In this document: piece after piece, positions 49,901 through 61,988 of the stretch | Layout of the letters: each line of letters starts with the position of its first letter | How positions within the stretch are numbered: the stretch's first letter is position 1 | NCBI GenBank assembly: GCA_040357565.1 | Contig: JBDODJ010000002.1 | DNA from: Cercozoa sp. M6MM | Taxonomy: Eukaryota > Protista > Endomyxa: Ascetosporea | Strand: one strand, 5' to 3' | DNA length: 64,000 nt | Made by a program: the position numbers and the translations under genes | The notes under the pieces: generated by a model | What the model was told of the DNA's origin: nothing | The model's input: only the letters and a program-made list of their open reading frames with translations | Database searches by the model: none

Positions 49901-50680
49901 CACTGCCCTAGTTTCTCGGACTCTACTCACCTCGCTGACGTCCGTGACAATGAGCGGTTGGAATCGACCGGACGGCAAATTGAATGCCGTTGCGTTGATA
50001 CGATTGGATTATTGAAAGTCGAGTGCCGCCCCGGCGCCGTTCGCGCGAGCGGAGTGGGTACATGCAAGTACTAGCAAAGCTGCACGATTATTGAAAGTCG
50101 AGTGCTCGTATCTGATCCAATGCCTGTGCTGATAACGCGACGTAAGCCTTGCGTTTCGCTTTGGTTTGTCGTGTATGGGACGGTAGTATCCCGCCCAACT
50201 CGACTACTTACGTACGCTGAATTTTAACCCGAGGTTAAACTGTTACTGCGGCTCAATGGCCCAATCAGTGAGGGAAAGGAGAGACTAAATAAATCATTCA
50301 ATTAGATATGTCGTCACTCAGTTGAGAAGGTGAGATACCCCTACTAGGTCTCGAAGTGATCCCACTGGATCTCGACCGAAGGAAGACGTCCTTGGTCGTA
50401 ACGCGTTTAAGAAAGAAAAACTCCGCCAGGCTGAAGCCGTGACGGAGCTTTCTGCTTCACTGCAAGGACTCTGTCCAGGCAAAATCAAGCCAAAACACTC
50501 TTAAACTCTCTCCAGTCTCAAACTTGTTTGAGACATAGCACGTTTGAGACATAGATAATGACCTCCACGCGGACAGAGCAATGACTACTGAAAATGTGCA
50601 GTAACAAAACACCTGAGTTTGTTTCAAGTCACGTTTCAACCCTGGACCGGCGAACTGCTCGAAGTCTCGACACCTGTGCC

Positions 50681-53336
50681 ATGCAATCACAAAACATGCT
50701 GGCTAAGTCGTTTTGGTGGGACTTTTTAATCTACACCACACCTCTTGCTCGAGAAGTCGTCTTGCGAAGCGACGGGCCAAGTGGCGTCTATCAGAAGCAC
50801 AGTGGCTACAAGTATTTACAGTTCACTCATGCTGACATTGGGTACAGAGTGCACTGACGTGTTCTCGATACTAACCCAACACAACTGATTTGCAGACCAG
50901 ACGATGAGACACTCAACGCACAGACGAGCAAAGTGCCATACGCTATCGTTTATGTGCTGTAGCGGTAGGTTGCTCGTCCGAAGTTCGGGAATTTTGCTGG
51001 CTGGAGTTTCCTTTTCCAGTTCGGCTTTCGAAGAAGAAGTTGTTAAGCGTCTTCCTGACGTACAGTCATGCAACAGGCATTGAACTTGCAAACGTTGCAC
51101 CGACAGGGTAAGAAAAACGCATTTGACAGAATAAAAATCTGAACCGAAACTGGCAGTCCACAAGATTTTGTATAAATGCAGAGGGCGGATATGAGCGTTT
51201 TGGCATGCAAACAGCCGGAACACCGATCGCTGCGTCAGCTGAATCGGTAGATACGGGTGCGATTTTGAGACAATACCGTCGCTCGCAACTGCGACAATCG
51301 AAGGGTCAATTTCGCTACTTTGAGATGCCACAACAGCTAGAAGCACAACCGGGAATGAAAGAAGCCAGAGAGCAACGATTTGAGTCGACTCGCCGTGTGT
51401 ATGGGTCCTCACCCTCTTCTTCGCCGCAGCACGAGGTCACTCGCAGAGACGATATCAGCGAGCGAGAGCGAGAGCTCCGAAGTGTCGTCGAGCGGAATCG
51501 CGATCTGCAACAACAACTCGACGAAGAGCGAGCGCAGATTCGCGAGCGCGAGCGCCGGCTCGATGAAGAACGGCAACGCTTCCGCCAGCGCGAGCGTCAA
51601 CTCGAAGAAGAGCAACGCTTGGTCCAAGACAGAGAGGAATGGCAGGAGAGACGAGAAATTGAAGAAATGCAACAGCGACAAGAGCGGCAAGAAAGATTAG
51701 TGAGGCAACAGGTGCAAGAGAGAGAAGAAAGGCGAGAGAGGGAAGAACGACACAGTTTAGATTTAGAGAGACAACAACAGAGGCAAATGCAGCAACTGCG
51801 CTTCGCCGACGATGTCGAAACGTACTCTTCGACCACTGCCCTCACAAGTTACGCCACTCGCATCGCCACGGCCGAACAGCGCGTTTCTTCCGTTATTCCC
51901 GAGGCACTTGGTTAATCGTTTGTCAAAGACTTTTCGCTCAATCCATTTATTGCTTTGAATCTTCGCAGACAGAGAACTGCGAAAGGCTCTTCACAGGCGT
52001 CAAATGTAAATTTAATTGACATTCGACACTTACTTTTGCCTTCTCTCCACGTCTGCTTCCTCCCTTTCCAGGAGGAGAGCTCAACCGGATCGTGTTTTCG
52101 ACGGTCGTTCTTGGACCGACGCCGATCGTGTGCCCCCAAAGCACCGCAAACTGTCGACTCGCGTGATCGCGTACGACGTGCGAAAGCACGACACCAACAC
52201 TATTGGGCGAACGCCGGCTGATGCTCCCGTGAGGCGCCGCAAACACCACGCACGGCCAGAGCTGCCAGACGTCCAGCGAAGGGATATATATCGAGAGAGT
52301 AGGGCAGAACAACGGGCCGCTGGCGCTTCAGTGCAACGAGACGAACCGGTCCAAAGAGACCAACTAGCGGAAATCAAGTCCACCATTGCTGAGTTGCGAC
52401 GGCGAGTTTCAGCCCTCGAGCACACTGCGTATATTTTACCATTCTTTTCCTGCTTTACCTTTCAATGCCCCTTTTGTTTACATACCCGCTTGATAGGTAC
52501 GCGCGAGTACCACACAAAGGTGGTGGCTTCGCAGAGGAAGCGCCAGTGCCGACGCGCGTTTCAGTGATGGAACTCAAACCCAAACCCAAACCCAAACCTA
52601 CAGTCACCCCCAAAGCAAAACCAGACACGTACACGGAAGCTCGTTTATTACCGCCTCGTTTCCTGTCTGCACTAGACATGTTGGAGGTACTACTGCCTCT
52701 TTGCTTTATGCTTTACTTACCGCAGTCTCAAACGCTTCTGCGGGCAGAGAAAACTGACGCAAGCAGAGTTACCTCGCATGTCAAAGAGGCAGAACGATAG
52801 TGCGAGGAAGAGCATCCGACTGGCTGATGCGGTACCTATCATAACTCGTTTTCTGTAACTCTGTGGCCCTTTACCCTTCCCGCTCTTTAGGTGGAAGACA
52901 TCGCGAGTGATCTTGAGTTGGGCGAGCAGAGTGCGACACTCGTGTCGCAGTGCCTCCAGCACACTCGCGTCGGCACCGTAGTGTCGCCAGCGCAAAAGCG
53001 ACGTGTTCGACAATTGGCGCACATTGCGATACGAAGGGTAAATTTTCACTGTCGGACTATATGGATAGACGAAAGTATGCACACTGTTTTGAGTGTAGTT
53101 GAAGCGAGCACAAAAGTTGTTGCACCAAGTAATTCAGCAGGCTTCAGAAAAACTTCCTGCTTCTGCGCAGCAGGAGACTGAAGGGGTACAGAGACCGTTA
53201 CAGTACTTGGTTATTTTTCCACTAAAGTTTGTAAGCATTGCAGCTCGCGCAATTCTGTGCTGCCGCCATGCGCGACACCGAGAGCATGCTGCAGCAACTT
53301 TCGCACGTGCGCGAGCAACTGCTACATGTGCGCTGA
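50681..53336 (+). CDS. Hypothetical coiled-coil (E/R/Q-rich) protein; 5' end uncertain
   Basis: A 236-aa ORF at 51205-51915 with long charged heptads, plus downstream exons joined to QLLHVR*. Confidence 0.5.
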
Positions 53337-53505
53337 GCTTGTCAATATACGATAGTAATGCACGGCAGTTCTTGCGGATTCTAAACTCGCGTATACAAGA
53401 GCAACTTTAAAATGCAAGGCTTGCAAGTTGTGTTAGGGGTACACGCACGACGCGACAGTCGCGTCGAACGTGTTGGATAAGTCCAGTCGAGTAAAACGAA
53501 AAAAG

Positions 53506-55209
53506 CTAGAAATCATCGTCAGAGTCGACACCAAGCATTGGGCGAGTTGAGTCCTCATCTTCCTCCGAGTGGCTGATGTGTCCCTCGTCCTCCTCGCCAG
53601 TTCGATCCAGGTCGTCATCCTCCTCACTATCATCGACATCGGCACCGTCGTAGTCAGAACCAATGTCGATGCCGCTGCCGACACCGACATTGTCGCGACT
53701 CGCTTCAGCAGCTGCTGTTGCTGCAGCACCGTCTTGAGGAGCGATGTCCTTCTGGTCGACATCATCTTCGTCGCTGCTGCTCTCGATTTGCTCTGCCGGC
53801 GCACCCGTGCTGGCTACGGCCAGGCGCGGCGGGCCACTGCGCCAAAAACAACAACAGCAAGTACACAGGGTTGAAAGACAACTGGACCAGTGATCAGACA
53901 AAGTGTCTTACCCTTGGCGGGTGGCAGCGCGCAACTCTACAAATGCTGGCACGTGCTGTTTTCGGCGCGCGCTGCGCCGACCGTCGCTTCTGTACAAAAT
54001 GCAGTAAATTGACGAACAGAAAGCAATGGCACAAATGGACTGACGCTGTACCGAGGTGACCATGGCACAATGCCTGGCTCGACAAATACATCGTCGTTCA
54101 CCTGCAAAATGATCATGTCAACATCAGAGAAAGCAAGGAAAGAGTTGAGGCACTTCTGCATGAGGCGCAAGTGCGCTCGGCAATGGTAACGAATTGCGTT
54201 TATTTGATTTCTCGCCTGATTGCGAAATCAAAGTCGATAAGAGAAAACGCACATGATGCACCTGCACCCCCAGATTTTGCAGATCACAAACCCACCAAGT
54301 GATTGTAGGATCTCTGCGATTGTGGCCCGTGGCACCAAGTACGGAAAAGCCTAGAGTGAATATAATTGCAGAGCGAAATTCGAAATTTGCTTGAAGAAGT
54401 AGTACTTGAATGAAAATGCGCTTTATGAGCGACAAATCGTGCACGAAAGCATTCGAAAGCAGCGCTAAATCGTCTCGTTCTTCCACGGCCCATTCATCTG
54501 CGCACAAAGAGCACTCAACTTACATACGCCATGTGATTCAGAACATTCTAAAAGAACCGTCATCGTCAACGAGTGCGCGCAGCGGTGACCGAGTCGCCAG
54601 AGGGAAGTAAAAATCGGCTTCACGCGAGTGCCGAGGTTTTTTGTCCCTGCGATCAGTCGATTGCGCAACAAGCCTTCGCACAACTTGACGCTCAGTGTCT
54701 CCATACTCCGCTGCAGAGACAACAACAAATGTTAAGTACACTAAAAGAAAAGGAAATGAGATGGCACAGTCGATGCTGTCGACAACGCCGTCGTCCAGGA
54801 GAGCTTCAGTTGTGGCCATCACTCCCTTCGCCAGATTTTCGGGCACATAGCCACCTTCCAAGACTGTCACCACTCTGCTCACAATCATTGACGGTGAACG
54901 AAACAAGTTAGGTCGAGTGTGGTCGTGGAAAGTACCGTTTGCAGACAAAACGACGCAACGCGCGCACCGTCCACGCATAAAATTCTGCCAAAAACAGACC
55001 AAACTTCACTCCATTAACCAAAAAAAGGTTGGTTACCTTTTGTCAGCTCGAGTTCACCGATATCACCAGACATGCCTGTATTGACATCAGTCGTTGCCAT
55101 GAAACACATCTGTTTGATTTCAGTGATACCATCATAGCCAGCGCTGATAAGAACAATGTCCGGGCGGAAACGCCGCAAAATAGGCAGACCAATCTCGCGC
55201 ATTGTTGTC

Positions 55210-55258
<49 letters not shown>

Positions 55259-55268
55259 NNNNNNNNNN

Positions 55269-55317
<49 letters not shown>

Positions 55318-58300
55318 GAGATTTGGTTGGACAAAAGTAAACGGAGTTAAGTTTACCTCGCCTGAGCATTGCCGTCGCCCCTCGCGAGTGGAACATTCAC
55401 TGTGCTGCCAAAAGCGGCATGATCGAGCGGTCCCAAATGCTCCGGCGCGCCAGCAGGGTACGGGTAAAAATGCCTGTTGAAAAAAAGTTATTTGCACATT
55501 TGCAAGAGAAAATCGAAACATACGAATCGTAGCGATGCTGTGAGTAAAGCAGGGTGTCAGGATCGTCCCAAAAAAGTCCCTACCGAAGTACAAACATCAC
55601 CATCAGTCCAAACAAACACAACGATGCGAAGACCATACCTCAGTGCCATCACCGGCATGTACATCGAAATCAACGATCGCAACTCGAATGCGACGCTGCA
55701 GGTTCTCCTTTCAAAACAAAAAACATTGTCGGTCAAAGCCAGTTGAAAGTAAAGTCTGGAAACGAAGAAGCGAAGAAGAGTACCTCGTGCATCTCGCGTA
55801 GCTGCTGTACAGCCACGGCGACGTTGTTTACGAGACAGAAACCACTCGCTTCGGTGCGAGCACCAGCTCGCTCGTTCTCGATTCTGGCCACTTCCGAGAC
55901 ACCTAAAAATAGGCAACTGAGATGACCACACACCCTTCAAAAGGCACACACAAAAAGGAGTTACAGCAATGGTGTCCAGGCGGCCGGACCACTGCAAATG
56001 CGGACTGGGCCAAGCCTCGCCACACTGCACAGAAACGTTGCGCGAGCGCTCTCTTTAGCATCACCTCAGAGAAACCACACAGTACCGAAATCAACGCAAT
56101 CGGCGGCGCCGGCAGCAGCAATTCTAGTTGCGTCCATCGAGTCAGCACCTGGACAAATGAAATTAAAAGGCATTAGTTATTTTGAGCAAAAGGATTCAAA
56201 GAAAGCTGTACCAAAGTAAGTGTTGTGGTGCTGATCGACCCACTGCCAAGGAGGCGGCGGACCCATCTGCTTGTGCTCGCCCAGACCGTGTCCTTTGGGC
56301 ACAACAATCTGTGAGAGACCTTCTGTTTTCTGCCACACAGACACAACGGTACATCTCACAGACACTAGACTCAGTCCAGACCACTCAAGTTACCGGCACG
56401 AACGGTGCATTTTCTTCAGCTTCTTCTTCGTCGGCGCGTTTCTCCTACTCGGAAAAATACAAGAAATGACACGAAAGAATAACAAAAGAATTCGAGCCTA
56501 CCAGTCTTTTGGCCATGGTCTGCAGCCGTCTGAGGTACCACTGCGAATGCATGCCACCGCTACTGAGTTCATCATCGGTGGCGAGTCGACCACCAAAAAC
56601 CACGATTTTTCGTCTCTCGGGGGAATTTTTCGCCGCGTTTTCGGTTTTTCGGTGCGCTTTCTCGGGCGGCGCCGTCACTGTCGGGTTCACGTAAAGCGCG
56701 TTTTTGAGTGCTTCGCTGTGCCACAACGTCTCCAGCACGCGGCCATACCTGAGCGGCGTCTCGTTATGCTCATCATCAGCAGGACCTCTGACCAACAACA
56801 GGTCAAAGTCTCAGCTGTGAGAAACGCCAGGAAATACAAAAAGTAAATACCGGTGCAAAAGGCACTCGCGCGATAAGGCAATTGCCAGTCGGTATTGCTG
56901 CAAAACCGCGCGAAATATATCCAAACTATCTCTGCGAAAAAAAGCATGTTTACGTGTTTGGTGTCGTCATCATCTTCACCAGGCACTTTCTACAAATAGA
57001 CGCAAAAGTACACGACACTAATTGTCAACGTGAGCAGGTTGTTCAACCCGAGTACCTGCGAGTCGGAACACCGTGCATCCGTTCGCGTTGTGCAGACGCG
57101 ATTAACATCTCTGTGGTAGTGTGGGGGGGGGGGGTAAATAGGGCAAAGAGATAGGGGATAGGGTAAACGAAGCAAGGGGTTTACGCGCAGTAGAAGTGCT
57201 CGTCCTCGAGTGCGTCCGGGTGCGCAAGCTGAATGCACTCCTCGTGCCAACTGGGAAACAGTCACAATGCACACATGCAAGAAACAAGGAAAGCGTGGAA
57301 TGAGTACCTACGAACGCAGTAGTCGCAGCACATGATGTCGCCGCCGTCGCCACAGACTGCACAGAATTAAAATGTGTAGAAGGAAGGAAGGAAGGAAGGA
57401 AGGAAGGAAGGAAGGAAGGAAGGAAGGAAGGAAGGAAGGGTACCAGAGCAGATATCGTCGTTCTGTTTGTTCTTCATGTTGGCGGGTGCACCTATCCATG
57501 TACCACAAAAATACATAGACACACATATGCAGAAAGGTGGGTGGGTAAAAGTGCGGAGTACTGGGACGCGACTGCAGCCACAGTCGGCGCAGTCGCTCGG
57601 CACGTCGCTGTTGTCGCCGTTTCTGCTGTTCTCCTCTTTGTTTTTGCTGCGGTTGCTGTTGTTGTTTCTTGTCAGTGCTCTCGGCCTCGACGGCAGTGTC
57701 CTCGCTGTCGCTAGTGTGCGCACTCGACGGTTCCTCGCTCGACTCGGCCTCCTCACCGTCACTCTCATTAGAGGAACCGTCGCGACCGTCACTCTCACTG
57801 GAGGAACCGTCGCGACCGTCACTCTCACTGGAGGAACCGTCGCGACCGTCGGAACCGTCATCACTGCCGCCCAGTGTGATCACATTGGCATCGTCGCTGC
57901 TGCTGGCACCGTCATTCATGCTTCCATCAGCGACACTGACATTGATCTTGCCGGTCGTGAACGGTTCCTCGGTGATCACTTCCTCGGCGCTCACTTCCTC
58001 GGTGATCGCTTCCTCGGTGACCACTTCCTCGGTGATCACTTGCTTTACCGAGTGATCGTCGGAGTGATTGGTGGAACGAGTGCCTTCCTTTGAATGATTG
58101 GCAGAGCGATCGGCAGAGTTGATGGACGAGGCACGTGTCGACGAACCGTCATCGCCACCGACGGTGACGTTGGCACCGCCGGCACCGTCAGCTCCGTGAG
58201 TGACAGCCTCGACTTTGACACCACTGCTGCCGGCCTGAGTGGCCTCTCGGCGAGCACGTGCCAGCGCACGCGCACTCACCTGCCCAAAAGATGCTGTCAC

Positions 58301-58761
58301 AGGCTTCGGCACCTGACTCAAAAGGCGAGGGTACAGGTGGACAGTAGTCTTCGTCGTTGGCGTCGAACTTGGCACCGTCATCCAGAATGTCTTCTTCTCG
58401 ACGACGCGGCTTTCTCTGTCCAAGCATACGCCAAACACGGTATCGAGACATCTCTAAGAAAAAGCAAAGAGGCTACGGGTACTGCAGGCGCCAGCACTGG
58501 CGGCGGCACTGGTGGCACTGGTGGCACTAGAGACACTGGTGGTACGGACTGCACGGGCGGCACAACCGGTCGAATGGCACCCTGCGCGATATGTGACATG
58601 AAAGCACCGAGACAGAAAGACGTGTGCAGGCCAGACAGGCACATGGGGAGTGTCTGTCTTGATGATGCCACTCGTACCGCGCGCACAACCGGCCGACGCG
58701 CCTTGGGCGCCTTCTTCAGGAGCCCACGATTGCGCCGCCTCTTCTTCTGTGGCGGCTCCAT
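53506..58761 (-). CDS. Class II histone deacetylase with an upstream PHD finger and acidic low-complexity regions
   Basis: HDAC motifs HNETPLRY, AFAVVRPPGHH, GFCLVNNVAVA, IVDFDVHAGDGT, HFYP, TVNVPL, FRPDIVLISAGYDG, VLEGGY. PHD: NDDICSVCGDGGDIMCCDYCVRSWHEEC...FYC. NLS-like KKRRR at the start. Confidence 0.9.
55212..55315. repeat. Intronic (AC)n microsatellite with 10 N gap
   Basis: Direct reading; N at 55259-55268. Confidence 0.95.
57379..57439. repeat. Intronic (GAAG)n tetranucleotide repeat splitting the PHD finger
   Basis: About 15 perfect copies. Confidence 0.95.
57756..57851 (-). repeat. Coding 30-nt tandem repeat x3 (DGRDGSSSES) in the HDAC N-terminal region
   Basis: ACCGTCACTCTCACTGGAGGAACCGTCGCG repeated on the + strand. 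Confidence 0.85.
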
Positions 58762-59631
58762 CTGTCTCACGCGTACACGTCAATGCGGCCCACACAGGTG
58801 GCCACCCTAGAGCATGTGACACACCATTCGGCAGATCTCATGTAGATACGTGTGGGTCCAAAATCCAGAAACTACCCGACTCTGCGCACTAAAACAATCA
58901 CACGTGGTCACACACGCGCGTGGGCACTACAATGACTCGTGAAAGTCTAGTTCGACACGATTTATTTTCCTTATTATTTGACTACAATAATTGTTGCTGC
59001 GTGGCTGGTATTCATCTGACGACTCCAAGCTGCTTAAACTCGGTAGACGCGATGCGTCACACTGCGCCTTCGTCGTTGCTTTGGAAGTACGTCCTCTTCT
59101 ACGTCGTTAGATGGATCTTATACAAAGCTTGTCCTTCTGCGCGTTGAGCACTGTCCGGCAAAAGCATATATCAGTCTCAGCACCGAGAGTATTTAAGAAA
59201 CGAGGGTGTTTTAGTGTGTACCGAGTCCAATCAGAAGGTTCATGAGAAGCAGGACCGCCGTGATGCAGTATATGAAGTAAAACTTCGAGAGAAGCAGCAG
59301 GACCGGCCACCACCAATTTGTTACCGCAGCCTGTCAAAAATTGAGGCTTTGGTAGTGCAAAAGAGTACTATGCCAGGAAAAAGACTAAAGAAACAAATGG
59401 AATCGATGTGAAGAAGGATTGAGTCAGTAGACGTAGTCAGTTCAGAGGTAGTTACCCCAAGATAGGGTCGGCAAAGTACAGGAAGTAGACTGGTCGGGAA
59501 GGATGAGAGGCCCGGTAGTCAGAAGAAGGAAGGAAGGAGAAGGAGGGACGTAAAGGAGAAAAAGAAAGGCTCTCTGTGCTGGTGAGTAGAGAGCCTATTC
59601 AGGAAAGGAGCAAAATCTTTCTCTTTCGAGG

Positions 59632-60290
59632 TCAGTCAGACAAACACAATACACCACACTTCTCAAAGTGCTCAATGAATAGCTTTCTTCCGCGCGGAGC
59701 ACCAGAACTCAGACAGATCTGACTGGCCGGATGGAAAATACCGTTTCGTAACATCCTGCCTCCCCGACGAAGCGCTCTTTCAAGACGTGCTGGACCTTGC
59801 GACTTTTCGAAAGCTTCAAGCATCTCGGCGCTGATGAAGTCACGCTCGAGCCATTCACTTGATTCGGCGTCGAACTGAACGCGATATTGGGGAGGAGCGT
59901 CGGTTCGGAGTCGTTGCTCGACAATGCGAGGGAACAATCGAGTACCTCCTTGCTTTCGATGTGAGTTTGTTTCGTTCTGTCGTTTCATCAGACGACGAAT
60001 CCGGGAAGCGTCTTCTCCGAAGTAGGGCTTGATTTCGCGAACGTTAAGTACTCGTGTTTCGTTGTACCTGACGAGCCCCAAGGAAACAGGTAGTAGTAAA
60101 TTAAGGTAGAGTAGTGACAGAGATAACGGTACATTCTCAATGTTAAGTCGCAACAGCGCCACTGAGGCATCGGCCAGCGTCGCAAAAGTGGCTTTGAGCG
60201 AACACAAAGAGCTGCGGTGTTGACGTTAACGTCTTGTTTTCCTAACCTCACTGGCGTCCCAAAGTCGACCTCTTGCATGCAGTGCATCAG
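59632..60290 (-). CDS. Chromodomain-like coding segment; gene boundaries unclear, possibly a degenerate element
   Basis: PRIVEQRLRTDAPPQYRVQFDAESSEWLERDFISAEMLEAFEKS follows the chromo pattern and is preceded by NETRVLNVREIKPY. Upstream exons could not be joined cleanly. Confidence 0.4.
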
Positions 60291-60855
60291 GGTCGGTCGT
60301 TGAACACAAATAAATTTAAGTGTGAACATACCACTTGAGCGAATCCGCAACTGCAAAAGGACACAATAAATTTAGCTGTTGTCGGAGTAAATCCAAGAAG
60401 AACTTCCCACGGTGTACATCCAAATTAAACCTGGGGGTTGTTCGGAGCCTCCTGCCACGGAAAGCTGTCAGAGCAATCATTGTTAACACAAACGCCAAAC
60501 GCGATCGGAGTTGGATCAAACAGAAGCCGTTTGCGCGAGAAGCAAGGTCGCTCGCACTTTATCCTTAACCTTGCTGGTGCGGAGCGCACAAGTTCGTGCA
60601 AAATTGTGAGTACGTGGAAGCGCCTCTCTGCTTCGGCAGCAACCAAAAATGCGACTCTGTGGCACAAGGAGAAGCAAAACCATAGCCGGTCCAAGGCAGC
60701 CTTTTTGGCACCCAATAGTGAGAATTTGATTTGCACAGGCACTACTCTGCGCCCAGACAAGCCAATAGCACCTGTAAAGGAGCAGTCAAAACCAATAACC
60801 ACATTGGCCACTGTAAAAAAGAGCTCAGTATCGCCGCTCGACGCTAGCTCAACGG

Positions 60856-60908
60856 AAAAATGTGAATAAAAACTGAAAGATGAAAAATGTGAATAAAAAC
60901 TGAAAGAT
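60856..60908 (+). repeat. ~27-bp tandem duplication abutting the left arm of the inverted repeat
   Basis: GAAAAATGTGAATAAAAACTGAAAGAT occurs twice in tandem. Confidence 0.9.
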
Positions 60909-61578
60909 TGATATAGCTGACCCATGAGGCCGAAGCAGGTGTCTGATTTAGTAGCCAGGTGCACTCTCTTTTGTTACCGTAGAGAACCGATTTCTGTCGG
61001 CTCGTAGAGTTGGACTGCCACCTGCGCACAGTACGCGGCTTTCGCGGCACTGTGTGTGGACTTTGATGTGACAGCCCTTGGTTGAGGGTCGTAGACTTCC
61101 TTTGATTTTTTGACTGACGCCATTTTTTATGTTGGAGAGATACTTGACTGACGCCATTGAAGAGGCAGCTTCGATCGAACAGCTCGGAGTGTCACGATCC
61201 TCTTCTTTGAAAGATTCCACGCAGCATCACATTTGTTGAAGGAGCAGGTCCCAAAAAACAATTTGTAAATTGTTACGAAATCGGCAACAAAGTCGGCCAG
61301 TCGTTGAGAATTTTTACCCGTCAGTTAACCAGCACTGGTGGACATAAATTTACAAGTATGAACTGTGTTTGCTGGCAAAAAAGCAAAGTAAGTCTACGAC
61401 CCTCAACCAAGGTCTGCCACACCAAAGTCCACACACAGTGCCGCGAAAGCCGCGTACTGTGCGCAGGTGGCAGTCCAACTCTACGAGCCGACAGAAATCG
61501 GTTCTCTACAGTAACAAAAGAGAGTGCACCTGGCTACAAAATCAGACACCTGCTCCGGCCTCATGGGTCAGCTTTTCA
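60900..61578. repeat. Long inverted repeat: arms ~60915-61112 and ~61376-61573
   Basis: 60915-61098 is the reverse complement of 61390-61573 with 6 substitutions. Weaker similarity extends inward to the T6/A6 runs and outward to CTGAAA/TTTCAG. Confidence 0.95.
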
Positions 61579-61988
61579 GACTAAGCTCTGCTAGTATTTT
61601 TTAAAGCATTCGATTCTGCGTAGACTCGAAATACACCCTGCCAAGAGCGACAATCAAAATCACTGACAATGGCTGTCAGATCGAGTTTGACATTTGCACC
61701 TACTGGTCGGTATCAGCCTACATCTGTTGCTCGAGCAATAATTCTGATTTTGAAAATACATCGTCGCACAAAACAAGTTTCCGACCCGTGCGGTATGAAT
61801 GTACTGTAGGCTCATCGCGTTTCTGGTTTAAAGTTTCCTCAAAACGAAACAAACACGCGCGAGTTTCGCATCACCGGCAGGATCAAAAATAGCCGATCCT
61901 TCCGCTCAGGTCACGTCCACTTCAAAGAGTGTGCAGCTCTGGTTTGGCACAGAGTATTACTCGGAAGTAGGCCGAGAACAGCAAAATA

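Noticed and set aside
50007-50105. CRISPR-like repeat (contains ATTGAAAG)
   Set aside because: Only two copies, a eukaryotic context and no cas genes.
49633-60570. U12-type signals (GTATCCTT at ~49633; TCCTTAAC at ~60562)
   Set aside because: The first is internal to an ordinary intron and the second has no matching donor; no AT-AC intron was needed in any gene model.
60915-61573. Identification of the inverted-repeat unit as RNase P/MRP, SRP, U4 or hammerhead RNA
   Set aside because: Only short partial motif resemblances (AAGGTCTG/TCAGAC, GGAGCAGG, TGCGCAG.TGGCAGT, CTGA..GA) in the wrong order or context, and not all conserved in both copies.
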